From: Thermoproteota archaeon
GTDB taxonomy: Archaea > Korarchaeota > Korarchaeia > Korarchaeales > Korarchaeaceae
Assembly: GCA_026986575.1 (NCBI GenBank)
Contig: JALSOH010000004.1
Location: 352,001-416,000 of the forward strand
Direction of reading: 5' to 3'
Length of the DNA: 64,000 nucleotides
Shown here: in pieces, positions 48,014 through 57,993 of the stretch
Numbering within the stretch: the first letter of the stretch is position 1
Layout: each line of letters starts with the position of its first letter
Program-made: the position numbers and the translations under genes
The notes under the pieces: generated by a model
What the model was told of the DNA's origin: nothing
What the model saw: only the letters and a program-made list of their open reading frames with translations
Database searches by the model: none

Positions 48014-49732
48014 TCAATACTTCCTCTCAGTGGGAGGCCACTTGGTTATCACAACCGGGATGTAGCTGAACTGAGGTTCCCCATCGGCTCCCCTAGCTAT
48101 CATCGTATGCTTGAGCCAGTTCTCATCATCTCTCTTGGGATAATCTAGTCTGGTGTGAGCCCCTCTGGTTTCTGTCCTGTTAAGCGCAGCCCTCGCTACG
48201 ACGTAGGCTATCTCCAGCATTGCGTCCAGCTCCAGTACGTGTATCAGGTTTATGTTATACTCTCTGTCCTTATCGGCTACATGTCCCTCTCCAAATCTCT
48301 GCCTGAGCTCTTTGAGCTTACTTATTGCCTCTTTCAGGCCTTTTTCGTCCCTGAACACGTAAACGTACTTGCCCATCGTGTCCTGCATCTCCCTCCTTAT
48401 GTGATAGGGGTTTTCACCGGTGGACCCCCTGAGTATGCGATCGAATATCCTCTTCTCCTCCTCACTAACCTTATCCATTGGGACATCTCTCAGACCTACT
48501 TTCATGGCGTAATCGGCCGCCTGCCTGCCAGTCAGCATACCGTACACTAGGCAGTCGGAAGAAGAGTTAGTTCCCAACCTATTAGCTCCATGGAGACTCA
48601 CGCACGCGACCTCCCCGGCCGCCCACAGTCCTTTGGCTGGAGTGGCCCCGTAAATGTTCGTATGCACGCCTCCCATGCTGTAGTGAGCAACAGGTCTGAC
48701 GGGCATCGGCTCCTCAACCGGGTCGACGCCTGCGAACCTTATAGCTAGCTCCCTTATATGTGGCAGTCTCTCATCGATCTTATCCTCCCCCAAGTGTCTT
48801 AGATCTAAGAGCACGTAGTCAAGCCCTCCTGGACCCTTAAACCCTCTACCCTCCAAGATTTCGGTCATTTCCGCCTTGGATACCACGTCCCTAGGTGCTA
48901 GCTCCATTCTCTCGGGAGCGTAGTTCTTCATGAATCTCTCTCCCTTGTTGTTTATCAGGTAGCCTCCCTCTCCTCTAGCAGCCTCCGATATCAAGATGCC
49001 AGATGGCACCAGACCGGTCGGATGGAACTGGAAGAACTCCATGTCTTTCAGCGATAACCCAGCCCTGTAAGCCATGGCCATCCCATCGGCGGTGGATGAA
49101 TGCGAGTAGGTAGTGAACGGATAGAGCCTACCTGCGCCTCCCGTGGCGAGCACTCCAGCTTTGGCTTTGAAGACGTAGAAATCACCGGTCTTAAGCTCTA
49201 TGGCGGTGACTCCTCTGAATTCGCCGTTCTCGATGATAAGAGAGGTAACATAGAATTCGTGGTAGAACTTTATGTTATCATACTTCAGGGCTGTGTCGTA
49301 TAAGGTTTGCATCGCATAGAGCCCAGTCTTATCCGCAGCGAAGCAGGCTCTCGGAAAGCTGTGACCTCCGAACTTCCTTTGAGCTATTCTACCATCGGGT
49401 CTCCTGGCCCAGGGCATCCCCCAATGTTCGAGCTGGTAGATCTCTTGGGGAGCCAGCCTAACGAAGAGTTCCACCGCATCCTGATCGGCTAGCCAGGCAG
49501 CGCCCTTTATGGTATCATAAGCGTGCAGATCGTAACTATCACCCTCATCATGATATAGGGCCGCACCGGTTCCCCCCGCATATGCAACAGAGTGAGATCT
49601 CATCGCATGAACTTTCGTCAATACAGCTATGTCCAGTTTACCTTCACTCCTCCTAGCAGCTTCAATAGAAGCTCTGAGACCCGCTAAGCCTGATCCGATA
49701 ACAACTACATCCGTAGTCACTATCTCAGCCAA
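48014..49732 (-). CDS. sdhA: Succinate dehydrogenase/fumarate reductase flavoprotein
   Basis: GSGLAG, RSHS, QFHPTG, SEAARGEGG, HYSMGG, HGANRLG. Confidence 0.96.
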   Translation of the reverse strand: MAEIVTTDVVVIGSGLAGLRASIEAARRSEGKLDIAVLTKVHAMRSHSVAYAGGTGAALYHDEGDSYDLHAYDTIKGAAWLADQDAVELFVRLAPQEIYQLEHWGMPWARRPDGRIAQRKFGGHSFPRACFAADKTGLYAMQTLYDTALKYDNIKFYHEFYVTSLIIENGEFRGVTAIELKTGDFYVFKAKAGVLATGGAGRLYPFTTYSHSSTADGMAMAYRAGLSLKDMEFFQFHPTGLVPSGILISEAARGEGGYLINNKGERFMKNYAPERMELAPRDVVSKAEMTEILEGRGFKGPGGLDYVLLDLRHLGEDKIDERLPHIRELAIRFAGVDPVEEPMPVRPVAHYSMGGVHTNIYGATPAKGLWAAGEVACVSLHGANRLGTNSSSDCLVYGMLTGRQAADYAMKVGLRDVPMDKVSEEEKRIFDRILRGSTGENPYHIRREMQDTMGKYVYVFRDEKGLKEAISKLKELRQRFGEGHVADKDREYNINLIHVLELDAMLEIAYVVARAALNRTETRGAHTRLDYPKRDDENWLKHTMIARGADGEPQFSYIPVVITKWPPTERKY

Positions 49733-49845
49733 AATAATTACCTCCCTTCCTTAAGGGACCTCCTAGAGGAGGCGGGTCAATAAGATAAATGTTCCCTAGG
49801 CTTTTCTCATATATAAGCCTTAGACAACGGGTAATATTTGATTAA

Positions 49846-49872
49846 ATATATAACAAGACAATAGTTATATAT
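49846..49872. promoter_or_regulatory. Perfect inverted repeat in the sdh / Rieske divergent promoter
   Basis: ATATATAAC-N9-GTTATATAT in an AT-rich intergenic region. Confidence 0.5.
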
Positions 49873-49962
49873 AAGTGAACATCACCAGATAAATAACAGA
49901 AATTTTATTTATTTTTAGGGAACTCAGAGAACGAGGTCTCTCTTGAGAAAGGGTGTGTATCT

Positions 49963-50136
49963 ATGGGGGTGCTGATCTCCGGAATAGTTTCTGGTGCTCA
50001 AAGTCTACTACAGACCACATTCAATCAAATAACTCAACTGTGGGTCTTGGCAGGCTTAATAGCTATGTTTGTGATAGGCCTAGTGATTTACACCTGCTAT
50101 TCTAGGAGCTTAGGTATACCGGAGGGTGAGGAATGA
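49963..50136 (+). CDS. Small single-TM protein (57 aa) heading the Rieske/cyt b operon
   Basis: ATG after GGGTGTG; MGVLISG...LWVLAGLIAMFVIGLVIYTCY...EGEE; its TGA overlaps the Rieske ATG. Confidence 0.7.
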   Translation: MGVLISGIVSGAQSLLQTTFNQITQLWVLAGLIAMFVIGLVIYTCYSRSLGIPEGEE

Positions 50137-50639
50137 TGGTAGATGTGAGTAGGAGGGACTTCATAAAAGGAGGACTGTTAGCCTCCATTGCATTAGCAGC
50201 AGCCGCTGCTGGAGCCCCGCTCATTCAGTATCTCACCTCAGAGAGGGTAGTCGTTGGTAAAGTTAGTGGTGGGGAGAAGAGCAAGCTTCCGATGAAAATA
50301 GCGAATAAAAATGATCTTCAACCGGATTCTCAAATACAGTTCATGATGCCCCTCAATCCAGATGGGAGTAGGGGGCAACACCCATCTATCCTAATAAGGC
50401 TGAGATCGGAGCTAGCCCAGAAAGCGGGAACGGAGTTCAAGGCCTTCAGTGCCATATGCACTCACTTGGGATGCATAGTCCATCTGGAGCCCGGTGATGA
50501 TATCTACTGCCCGTGCCACGCTGGATACTTCGATCCTGTGACCGGTAATGTTCTAGCCGGTCCTCCTAAGAAGCCGCTCCCAGAGATAGAGCTGAAGATA
50601 GACGAAAATGGTGATATTTACGCGGTAGGGTGGAAATGA
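50133..50639 (+). CDS. Rieske [2Fe-2S] protein with Tat signal
   Basis: SRRDFIK, CTHLGC, CPCHAG.F, GPP.KPL. Confidence 0.95.
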   Translation: MMVDVSRRDFIKGGLLASIALAAAAAGAPLIQYLTSERVVVGKVSGGEKSKLPMKIANKNDLQPDSQIQFMMPLNPDGSRGQHPSILIRLRSELAQKAGTEFKAFSAICTHLGCIVHLEPGDDIYCPCHAGYFDPVTGNVLAGPPKKPLPEIELKIDENGDIYAVGWK

Positions 50640-52054
50640 TGACCAAATGTGGTAAGGAAGAGAAGAGCTGCCTATCGTGGTTAGTTAACTGGTTTATTGA
50701 CAGGCTCGGGATGGAGGAGTTCACCTCCACCATGGTCTGGAGACACACTCTACACCCAGTCTACAGCCTCGGCGGCCTAACGACCCTCATGTTCATTATT
50801 CAGGCGATTACTGGACTATTGCTCCTCATGTTCTACGTACCAGTGTTCGGAGAGACCAACATGGCCTACGACAGTGTTCTAAGGATAACCGAGGAGGTGG
50901 CATACGGTTCGATCATAAGGGGGTTGCATTTCTACGGGGCCAACCTGATGGTACTCATAGCGATACTCCACTTCCTCAGGGTTTACTTCATGGGAAGCTA
51001 CAAGAAGCCTCACGAGGTGACGTACATAATCGGAATGATAACCGGTTTGCTAGCGATCGTTGCGGGTGTAACTGGCTACTCCTTGAGAATGGACCATGTA
51101 GCTGGGGAGGCCATAAGGATAGGAAACACTTTGGTTACGGGCATGCCTGGAGGTAAAATGATCGCCCAGATAATATATGGGACGGGAACGTTCGACGAGA
51201 TAGTCGGCAGGTACTTGGCGTTCCACATCATGCTGGCTGGCCTGATATTCATCCTGATGCTCGTCCACTTTTTCTCAATTCATCAGCATCACGTGTCACC
51301 CCCTTACGACGGATCCGACCCTGAGCCAGCAGTACCTTTCTTCCCGAACCACATACTGACCGAGGCAGCCGCTGCCTTCGTGATGATAGGCGCCTTAACA
51401 GTTGTATCAGCAGTGTTCCCGGCAGAGCTAGGTCAGAAGTTCCTTCCAACGAAGGAATTGCCGGTAGGTCAGCCTGAATGGTACTTAATGGCTGTTTACG
51501 CAGGGATAAAGACGGGAGTAGATCCAGTCTTCGCTGGCATGGTAGTCCCGGGTGTGCTCCTACTGATATTCGTCCTGATGCCTTGGATTGATCCGGCCTA
51601 CAGCAGGCACCCAAGGAACAGAAGGATAGCCACTATCTACGGCGCCATAATGGTCGGGGAGTTCGTGGTCTTCACAGTGTACGGGATGATTACACCCGGA
51701 GAGCAAATCCCCTTGGTAAACGCGCTGGCCGTCGCGTTCGTTGTCGCATTAATCACCGGAATACCAGCAGCTAGATACACATCCAAGCCCGTCCCCCCGG
51801 TTAGGAGGACTCCGATGAAAAGGGTAAGGCACACACCACTCGTCCTAGAATGGGGCAAGTATATATTCCTGATACTCCTGATAATCCAGTTGATCACCAC
51901 CGCCCTCGGAATCCAAGCCCATCTCGATGAGATGTACACCTTGGCTGGTTTCTACTTCGGCATATCTGTGATAGCCTTTGGATGGGCCCTATTCGTGGCC
52001 AAGGTCGTACTCCTAGACGTTAAATACATAACGAAGCCTGTTCCCTCCTCTTAA
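50636..52054 (+). CDS. Cytochrome b of a Rieske/cyt b complex (unsplit, extra C-terminal TMs)
   Basis: Four heme His residues (RGLH...ILH; FH...VH), TGY.L, PFFP, PEWY. Confidence 0.93.
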   Translation: MMTKCGKEEKSCLSWLVNWFIDRLGMEEFTSTMVWRHTLHPVYSLGGLTTLMFIIQAITGLLLLMFYVPVFGETNMAYDSVLRITEEVAYGSIIRGLHFYGANLMVLIAILHFLRVYFMGSYKKPHEVTYIIGMITGLLAIVAGVTGYSLRMDHVAGEAIRIGNTLVTGMPGGKMIAQIIYGTGTFDEIVGRYLAFHIMLAGLIFILMLVHFFSIHQHHVSPPYDGSDPEPAVPFFPNHILTEAAAAFVMIGALTVVSAVFPAELGQKFLPTKELPVGQPEWYLMAVYAGIKTGVDPVFAGMVVPGVLLLIFVLMPWIDPAYSRHPRNRRIATIYGAIMVGEFVVFTVYGMITPGEQIPLVNALAVAFVVALITGIPAARYTSKPVPPVRRTPMKRVRHTPLVLEWGKYIFLILLIIQLITTALGIQAHLDEMYTLAGFYFGISVIAFGWALFVAKVVLLDVKYITKPVPSS

Positions 52055-52131
52055 CATTTTTCTCCACCGCCTCCTTCCAGATCGACGTTAGCCCACAAAC
52101 CCTTTTTACATTGGAGCCGCCACACGTAACG

Positions 52132-52947
52132 ATGAACAGGGACAGTTTGGTGATTGTGGGAGTCATGCTGATAACTCTGATTGTACTTGGGTCCGCTTAC
52201 ACGGCAGTTTCAAAGGGTGTAGCTCCCTCTTTGCTGGAAAAGGGAACTTCCAGCGGATCTAAACAGAGCAGCACGGGATCTTCTCAAGTAACATCGGGAA
52301 AGACCGGTACTACTCAGACAAAGAAGACAACAACACAAAAAACAACGACCCAGAAGGCACCATTTGACTTCAAGAGCGTATTTCTTAAGAAGACCGAGTT
52401 CTCAATCACTTACGATTACTATCAAGATATGAAGAAGAAAGGCAACGGCGCCCTTTACGTCAAAGGAGATAATAGGAGAATGGATTTCAAGTTCGTTCAG
52501 GGACAGACTATACTCATAAACAAAGGAGATTTGACCATATACTGCTTCAAACAAGCTCAAAGCGACTGGCAATGCTTCCAATCGAAAAACAAGGAATCCA
52601 TTAAGAAGAAGATGGGAGGTGGAAGAGCAAATGATCCGGTGGAGGAAGGTCAGGAGGAGTTCGACAAACCAGTATACAACGGCACTAGGACCTATGCGGG
52701 GAAGACATGCTACTGTTACTACGTTAGCAAGAGCGCGAAGGAAACCGTGAATGGCGTGGACAAGGCGGGAACTCAGCGGGTGGAGATATGTTTAACTCAA
52801 GACGGGATACCGGCCTACTACCTCTACCTATGGAAATCCTCTGATGGAAAGAACATGATTAGAACCGAAATAATAGCCAAGACGATATCGTATAATGTTC
52901 CAGATACCGTCTTCAACCCACCTGTTGAACCGACCAGCATTCCATAA
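52132..52947 (+). CDS. Membrane-anchored exported protein, Ser/Thr/Lys linker plus LolA/DUF4412-like domain
   Basis: N-terminal TM, TTTQK repeats, G.RT.AG.TC..Y and VPD.VF.PP patterns. Confidence 0.6.
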   Translation: MNRDSLVIVGVMLITLIVLGSAYTAVSKGVAPSLLEKGTSSGSKQSSTGSSQVTSGKTGTTQTKKTTTQKTTTQKAPFDFKSVFLKKTEFSITYDYYQDMKKKGNGALYVKGDNRRMDFKFVQGQTILINKGDLTIYCFKQAQSDWQCFQSKNKESIKKKMGGGRANDPVEEGQEEFDKPVYNGTRTYAGKTCYCYYVSKSAKETVNGVDKAGTQRVEICLTQDGIPAYYLYLWKSSDGKNMIRTEIIAKTISYNVPDTVFNPPVEPTSIP

Positions 52948-53067
52948 TTGAACCATTTTTCATAATATATTTTAACATCAAAGTTCGAAGTATACCTTTC
53001 CAAGAGGGACATTTCGCAGTAATATTTAACTGCTAGGAGGCCCCTACAATAATGGGGGTGAAAGGGA

Positions 53068-53331
53068 ATGGCTCACCTTAGACTATCGCCAGATTTCGAG
53101 CATGTTTACAACGCCATAATGACCGAGTTGAGGGGTTACATACATGGTTCCGAGTGTCACATGGATAAGATAAAAGAGTGGCTATCTACCCTGCCTCCTG
53201 AGGGAGTGAACTCCCTTCTGGAGCAGCTTAGAAGGAATTTGGAGACTTGGAAGAATATGGGTTCCATAACTGAGGAGCAGTATAAGAGGGCCCTCCAGAA
53301 ACTTGAGGAGATAAGAGACCTAGCTAAGTAA
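53068..53331 (+). CDS. Small helical hypothetical protein
   Basis: 87-aa ORF with GGGGTGA SD and an upstream TATA-like element. Confidence 0.65.
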   Translation: MAHLRLSPDFEHVYNAIMTELRGYIHGSECHMDKIKEWLSTLPPEGVNSLLEQLRRNLETWKNMGSITEEQYKRALQKLEEIRDLAK

Positions 53332-53423
53332 CCTGCTGACTCACATTATCCTTCCCACCTGCGCACACGCACTTGGCAGGTGGGGTTCTAAGTTTTTATG
53401 TTAGATCGACTCGACCCCAATAC

Positions 53424-55046
53424 GTGGACTTCAAGCTGATCATCGTAACCGGAGGAGTCATAAGCGGACTTGGGAAGGGTGTAATAGCTGCTTCTATCGG
53501 AAAACTCCTCCAATCTAGAGGGTTCTCCATCTCCATGATAAAAATAGATCCCTACCTGAATCCAGATCCTGGGACCCTGAATCCTATAGAGCACGGCGAG
53601 GTCTTCATAACGGAGGAAGTATGGCACTTCAAACCGGGTCGTGGCGTAGAATTCAAGATAGCCGAGATCGATGAGGACTTCGGTCACTACGAGAGGTTCC
53701 TCGATGTGAACATGCATCCCTCCAACAATATAACTAGCGGTCAGATAATGCTAAGCGTTATCTTAGGTGAGAGAAAAGGGAGGTACTTAGGCCAGACGAT
53801 AAGGCTGATACCTCACGTGACTCAAGCCATAAAGGAGAGGATATATGAGGTAGCGAGGAGGGAAGAGCCCGATATACTGATAGTGGAGCTAGGAGGGACG
53901 GTAGGAGATTACGAGGCCATGGCATTCGTTGAGGCACTCAGACAGCTCAGACTTGAAGTGGGAACAGAGAATTCGGTGCACATCCATGTCACCTATGTCC
54001 CCTTTGTTGAGACCGTCGGTGAGTTCAAGACGAAGCCAGCTCAACTCTTCTTCAGGGAAGTGCTGGCTGCTGGCCTCCCGCCGGACTTCGTCATAGCTAG
54101 GACGCAGTCCTCCCTTCCAGACGCGGTCAAGGCGAAACTTGCATTGTATGCAAGCGTTCCGGGAGATGCTGTGTTTGAAGACCCGGATCTAGACGTAGTT
54201 TACGAACTTCCCCTCTATCTGGAGGAAAGGGGTCTGGGCATGAAGCTGGAGGAGAAACTCGGCATCAGGGGAAAGCCCGACATGGAGGAATGGAGAGGGA
54301 TAGTGGAGAAGTTCAAGCGAGGTGAGCCCAAGAAAATAGCTATGATAGGCAAGTACTGGAGGATGTCCGACGTCTACATCTCCATAGTGGAGGCTATCAA
54401 GCACGCAGGAGCTGATTTGGGGATAAAGCCAGAGATACTAGCTGTCGACTCGGAGGAGCTGGAGAGAGGGATCGGGTGGGAACTACTGGAAGAAGCGGAT
54501 GGGATCCTCTCCACTCCGGGTTTCGGCTCTAGGGGAACTGAGGGGATGATCAAGGCTGCGGGATGGGCATTGAAAGAGGGTAAACCGTTCCTAGGCATAT
54601 GCTTCGGGGCCCAGCTCGCGACCGTGGCCTTCGCTAGGGAGGTCATGGGATGGGAGGGAGCGCACTCCACGGAGATAGACCCCAATACCCCTTGGCCTGT
54701 CATAGATCTCCTCCCCGAGCAGAGGCAGATTGAGGAGGTGGGGGGTACAATGAGGCTCGGTGGACATGAGGTGGTCCTCTTGGAAGGCATACTCAGGAGG
54801 GCCTATGGCAAGGAGAGAGTGGTCGAGAGGTTCAGACACAGGTACCACATAATTAGGGAGTTTGCAGAGAGGATGGAGGAGAGGGGGTATAAGATAACGG
54901 CCGTGGATACAAGTGGTAGGATAATAAATGCGTTCGAGGTGGAGGGGCACCCCTACTACGTGGGCGTCCAGTTCCACCCGGAGTTCAAATCGAGGCCGGG
55001 GAGGCCCAGCCCCACATATAGGTCGTTCTTGGAGTCCCTCAGATAG
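53424..55046 (+). CDS. pyrG: CTP synthase
   Basis: TGGV.SGLGKG, KIDPYLN, GHYERF, KTKP, GICFG, RHRY, QFHPE; start taken as GTG 53424. Confidence 0.96.
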   Translation: MDFKLIIVTGGVISGLGKGVIAASIGKLLQSRGFSISMIKIDPYLNPDPGTLNPIEHGEVFITEEVWHFKPGRGVEFKIAEIDEDFGHYERFLDVNMHPSNNITSGQIMLSVILGERKGRYLGQTIRLIPHVTQAIKERIYEVARREEPDILIVELGGTVGDYEAMAFVEALRQLRLEVGTENSVHIHVTYVPFVETVGEFKTKPAQLFFREVLAAGLPPDFVIARTQSSLPDAVKAKLALYASVPGDAVFEDPDLDVVYELPLYLEERGLGMKLEEKLGIRGKPDMEEWRGIVEKFKRGEPKKIAMIGKYWRMSDVYISIVEAIKHAGADLGIKPEILAVDSEELERGIGWELLEEADGILSTPGFGSRGTEGMIKAAGWALKEGKPFLGICFGAQLATVAFAREVMGWEGAHSTEIDPNTPWPVIDLLPEQRQIEEVGGTMRLGGHEVVLLEGILRRAYGKERVVERFRHRYHIIREFAERMEERGYKITAVDTSGRIINAFEVEGHPYYVGVQFHPEFKSRPGRPSPTYRSFLESLR

Positions 55047-56169
55047 AGTTCAGTACCACCTTCACCTCTTTAATCACCATGTCAACCTCTTCGTCCTTCA
55101 TGCAGTGGAATATAGGTAGATAAAGCACCTCCTTCGTCAGCCTCTCTGCGTTCGGAGTCTTCACGTTTGAGTAATTTACTCCCCCAAAGAGAACGTGCAA
55201 GTAGTTGTATTCCCTCTCAGAGAGCCTAGACATGACTGGTTGTCTCTGGAGAGGCATTGGATACGCAGGTCTAGCTAGCACACCTCTTTCCCTGAGCATC
55301 CTCACGACCTCATCCCTCTTCGATCCAACCCTTATGGGATAGAGGTGCCAGACCGGTTCGGCCCAATCCGCGCTGGCCGGCGTCTCCACAATCCCAGAGA
55401 GCTCCTCTGTATATCTGGAGGCGATCTCTCTCCTTCTATAATTAAATTCATCAAGTTTTCGCAGCTGGACCAGACCTATTGCTGCATTCATCTCGGTCAT
55501 CCTGTAATTGAAACCCACGTAGTGATGCTCGTATTTCGAGACTTGGCCTTGGTCCCTTATGACCTTGGCCCTCTGATACACGTACTCGTCATCTGTGGTT
55601 ATGATTCCTCCCTCCCCCGTTGTCATGTTCTTGGTAGGATAGAAACTGAAGGCCCCGGCCTCCCCTATGCTCCCCACCTTCCTCCCCTTGTAGAGGGCTC
55701 CGTGGGCTTGGGCGGCGTCCTCCAACAGGAACACCTCTCTATCCCCTATGGCCTCCCTGATCGAATCTAGATCAGCGGGATGACCGTGGATGTGGACGGG
55801 AATGACTGCCCTGACTTTCGAGGTGAGTTTCCTTCTCAGATCTTCAGGGTCCATTGTTCCCGTCTTGGGATCCACATCAACGAATACAGGTTTTGCCCCA
55901 CTAAGTATCACAGAGGAGGCTGTCGCATAGAAGGTGTAGCTGGGAACGGCCACCTCATCTCCAGGACCTATTCCAAGTGAGATGAGAGCTACATGAAGGG
56001 CTGCGGTTCCGTTCGATACCGCTACAGCGTACTTGCTACCGACGTAAGATGCAAACTCGTTCTCGAACTCCTCAACTAGCTTACCTTGGGCTAACATTCC
56101 TGACCTAAGCACTTCGACAACTCGGCTTATCTCTTCCTCCCCTATACAAGGTCTCGCTATCGGTATCAT
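55039..56169 (-). CDS. DegT/DnrJ/EryC1/StrS sugar aminotransferase
   Basis: SNGTAALH, EDAAQAHG, SFYPTKNMTTGEGG. Confidence 0.94.
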   Translation of the reverse strand: MIPIARPCIGEEEISRVVEVLRSGMLAQGKLVEEFENEFASYVGSKYAVAVSNGTAALHVALISLGIGPGDEVAVPSYTFYATASSVILSGAKPVFVDVDPKTGTMDPEDLRRKLTSKVRAVIPVHIHGHPADLDSIREAIGDREVFLLEDAAQAHGALYKGRKVGSIGEAGAFSFYPTKNMTTGEGGIITTDDEYVYQRAKVIRDQGQVSKYEHHYVGFNYRMTEMNAAIGLVQLRKLDEFNYRRREIASRYTEELSGIVETPASADWAEPVWHLYPIRVGSKRDEVVRMLRERGVLARPAYPMPLQRQPVMSRLSEREYNYLHVLFGGVNYSNVKTPNAERLTKEVLYLPIFHCMKDEEVDMVIKEVKVVLNSI

Positions 56170-56214
56170 GGAAACACCTTCGGCTTATAGCCTCGACTCG
56201 AAAAACATAAGAGT

Positions 56215-57390
56215 ATGCTGCTAGCGCTGGGGGTCACGATACCAGGCTTGGATCCCTTTCTAGGTGAGGAGGTAAAGGAGCTACTGGGTAGAGATGTCAG
56301 GGGAGTGGTACCTGGAAAAGTGGAGTTTCTAGCGACTCCTGAAGAGATCTTGAGGTTGAACTATACCTCTAGAACCGCGATCAGGTTCTTGATACTGGTG
56401 AGCAAGGAAATACTCGATCCCATAAATCTAGAGTCGGTGAAGAAGTCTGCCTCCTCAATTGAGTGGTCCTCCTTCTTCAGTCCTTCTTCCACGTTTGCAG
56501 TGAGAGCTGAGAGGGTGGGTTATCACGATTTCACCAGCGTGGAGGTGGCAGCCACCGTGGGAGAAGCCGTAGTGGAGCACTTCTCCTCTCTGGGCACTAG
56601 AATAAGGGCCAACCTAAAGAGGCCTGATGTAGTAATCAGAGCTTACGTGAGCGGAAATATCCTCCTTTTAGGATTGGATGCAACTGGGGAGAGCCTTCAC
56701 AAACGAGGATACAGGGTGTTCGAGCACAGGACGGCCCTTAATCCCGTGATAGCCTATTCATTGGTCAAGCTCAGTGGCTGGCTTGATTCTCTTCCCTCTG
56801 ATCCAAGCTCGGTTCTCGTAGATCCAATGTGTGGTGGTGGGACAATTCCCATCGAGGGAGTGTTGGCCGCCTTGAGGATACCTCCTGGGAGGTGGAGGAG
56901 GAATTACCCTGTGGATCACCTCTCCCTCTTCCAAGGCATCTCTCAGGAGGAGATATTCAATCGGGAGGATTCGTACATTGTAGATAGGGATCTGAACGTC
57001 TTATGCTTCGACATAAGCCCAAAAAGCATAAGGGGGGCCATGGAGAACGCCAAGTCGGCTGGCGTCTACGACAAGATAGAGTTCGATGTGAGGGACGCAA
57101 GCGAGCTGATCTCCCTCAATAGAATAAGCTCCGTGGCCACGGATCCACCATATGAGTTAAGGACTGGGAGGAACAGGAGAATAGGTGAGACCTTCCATAG
57201 AATGGCCTCCGCCCTCGAGGAGAAGCTCGAGCATAGGTTCTCAGCCATATGCGCTGGCCCAGCCCTTCCCAAACTCATGGCGGCTATGCGAAACCTTAAG
57301 CTGGTGTTCAAAAGGAGGATCCTCTATGGCGGGATTGAGGCTAGGTTGCTAGCCTACGAGAGGAGGGGCACCGGACAAGAAGGCCACTAA
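56215..57390 (+). CDS. THUMP-domain RNA m2G methyltransferase (Trm14-like)
   Basis: THUMP domain, SLHKRGYR, DPMCGGGTI.IE, TDPPY. Confidence 0.85.
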   Translation: MLLALGVTIPGLDPFLGEEVKELLGRDVRGVVPGKVEFLATPEEILRLNYTSRTAIRFLILVSKEILDPINLESVKKSASSIEWSSFFSPSSTFAVRAERVGYHDFTSVEVAATVGEAVVEHFSSLGTRIRANLKRPDVVIRAYVSGNILLLGLDATGESLHKRGYRVFEHRTALNPVIAYSLVKLSGWLDSLPSDPSSVLVDPMCGGGTIPIEGVLAALRIPPGRWRRNYPVDHLSLFQGISQEEIFNREDSYIVDRDLNVLCFDISPKSIRGAMENAKSAGVYDKIEFDVRDASELISLNRISSVATDPPYELRTGRNRRIGETFHRMASALEEKLEHRFSAICAGPALPKLMAAMRNLKLVFKRRILYGGIEARLLAYERRGTGQEGH

Positions 57391-57993
57391 AGTACTCACT
57401 ATAGGGACTGCTATGTTGTCCTCACCCCCGTACAACTCCGCCACCGAGGAGGAGATAGATACCAATGCCGCAAGGTAGGGGTCTCCAGTTAAGCTCACTA
57501 ACAAGGCTAGGTAAGAGATAAGACCTGCAGCCGTACCCTCCACGGTCCCATCAGCCATCGGGATCTTGACCCTGCCCACTGATATTCCCACTATCGAGGA
57601 AAGTCCATCGGTTAATATGAGGGCGAATATGCCGTAAGAGGCAAGTGAGCCGAAGAGGAAGTAGGAAGAAGAGACGCCAATCAATCCAGACAAGGCACCA
57701 AGCCAACCAGCCCTCCTTTCATAGTCCCTCTCAACGAGACTCACCAACCTGTTGAATGATTCGAGGACAATCTCCACCCCCTTAGGTTGAGGGATCTGCA
57801 TCCCCGACCTGAGCCATTGAGGGAGGCCCTTCACCTGAACTGAGTAGATCCACCCGCCGACAGCGAGGGCCGCAGCGTATACGAGTTTAGGATCTATCAG
57901 ATCCCCAAACATCATCGGAGCGAGGAGGATCGAGGAGAACAGGATGTGGATCGCTTTCCTGAGCAACTCATTCCTCTTGAAATTTACTACCAA
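57349..57993 (-). CDS. Dolichol/phytol-kinase-like (CTP-transferase family) membrane protein
   Basis: RKAIH, D..SSIVG, T.EG, EDN..VP. Confidence 0.75.
   Translation of the reverse strand: MVVNFKRNELLRKAIHILFSSILLAPMMFGDLIDPKLVYAAALAVGGWIYSVQVKGLPQWLRSGMQIPQPKGVEIVLESFNRLVSLVERDYERRAGWLGALSGLIGVSSSYFLFGSLASYGIFALILTDGLSSIVGISVGRVKIPMADGTVEGTAAGLISYLALLVSLTGDPYLAALVSISSSVAELYGGEDNIAVPIVSTLVAFLSGAPPLVG

Noticed and set aside
26178-56169. Sugar dehydrogenase, DegT aminotransferase and acetyltransferase as a glycan gene cluster
   Set aside because: They could act in one diacetamido-sugar pathway but are tens of kb apart, so there is no cluster evidence.
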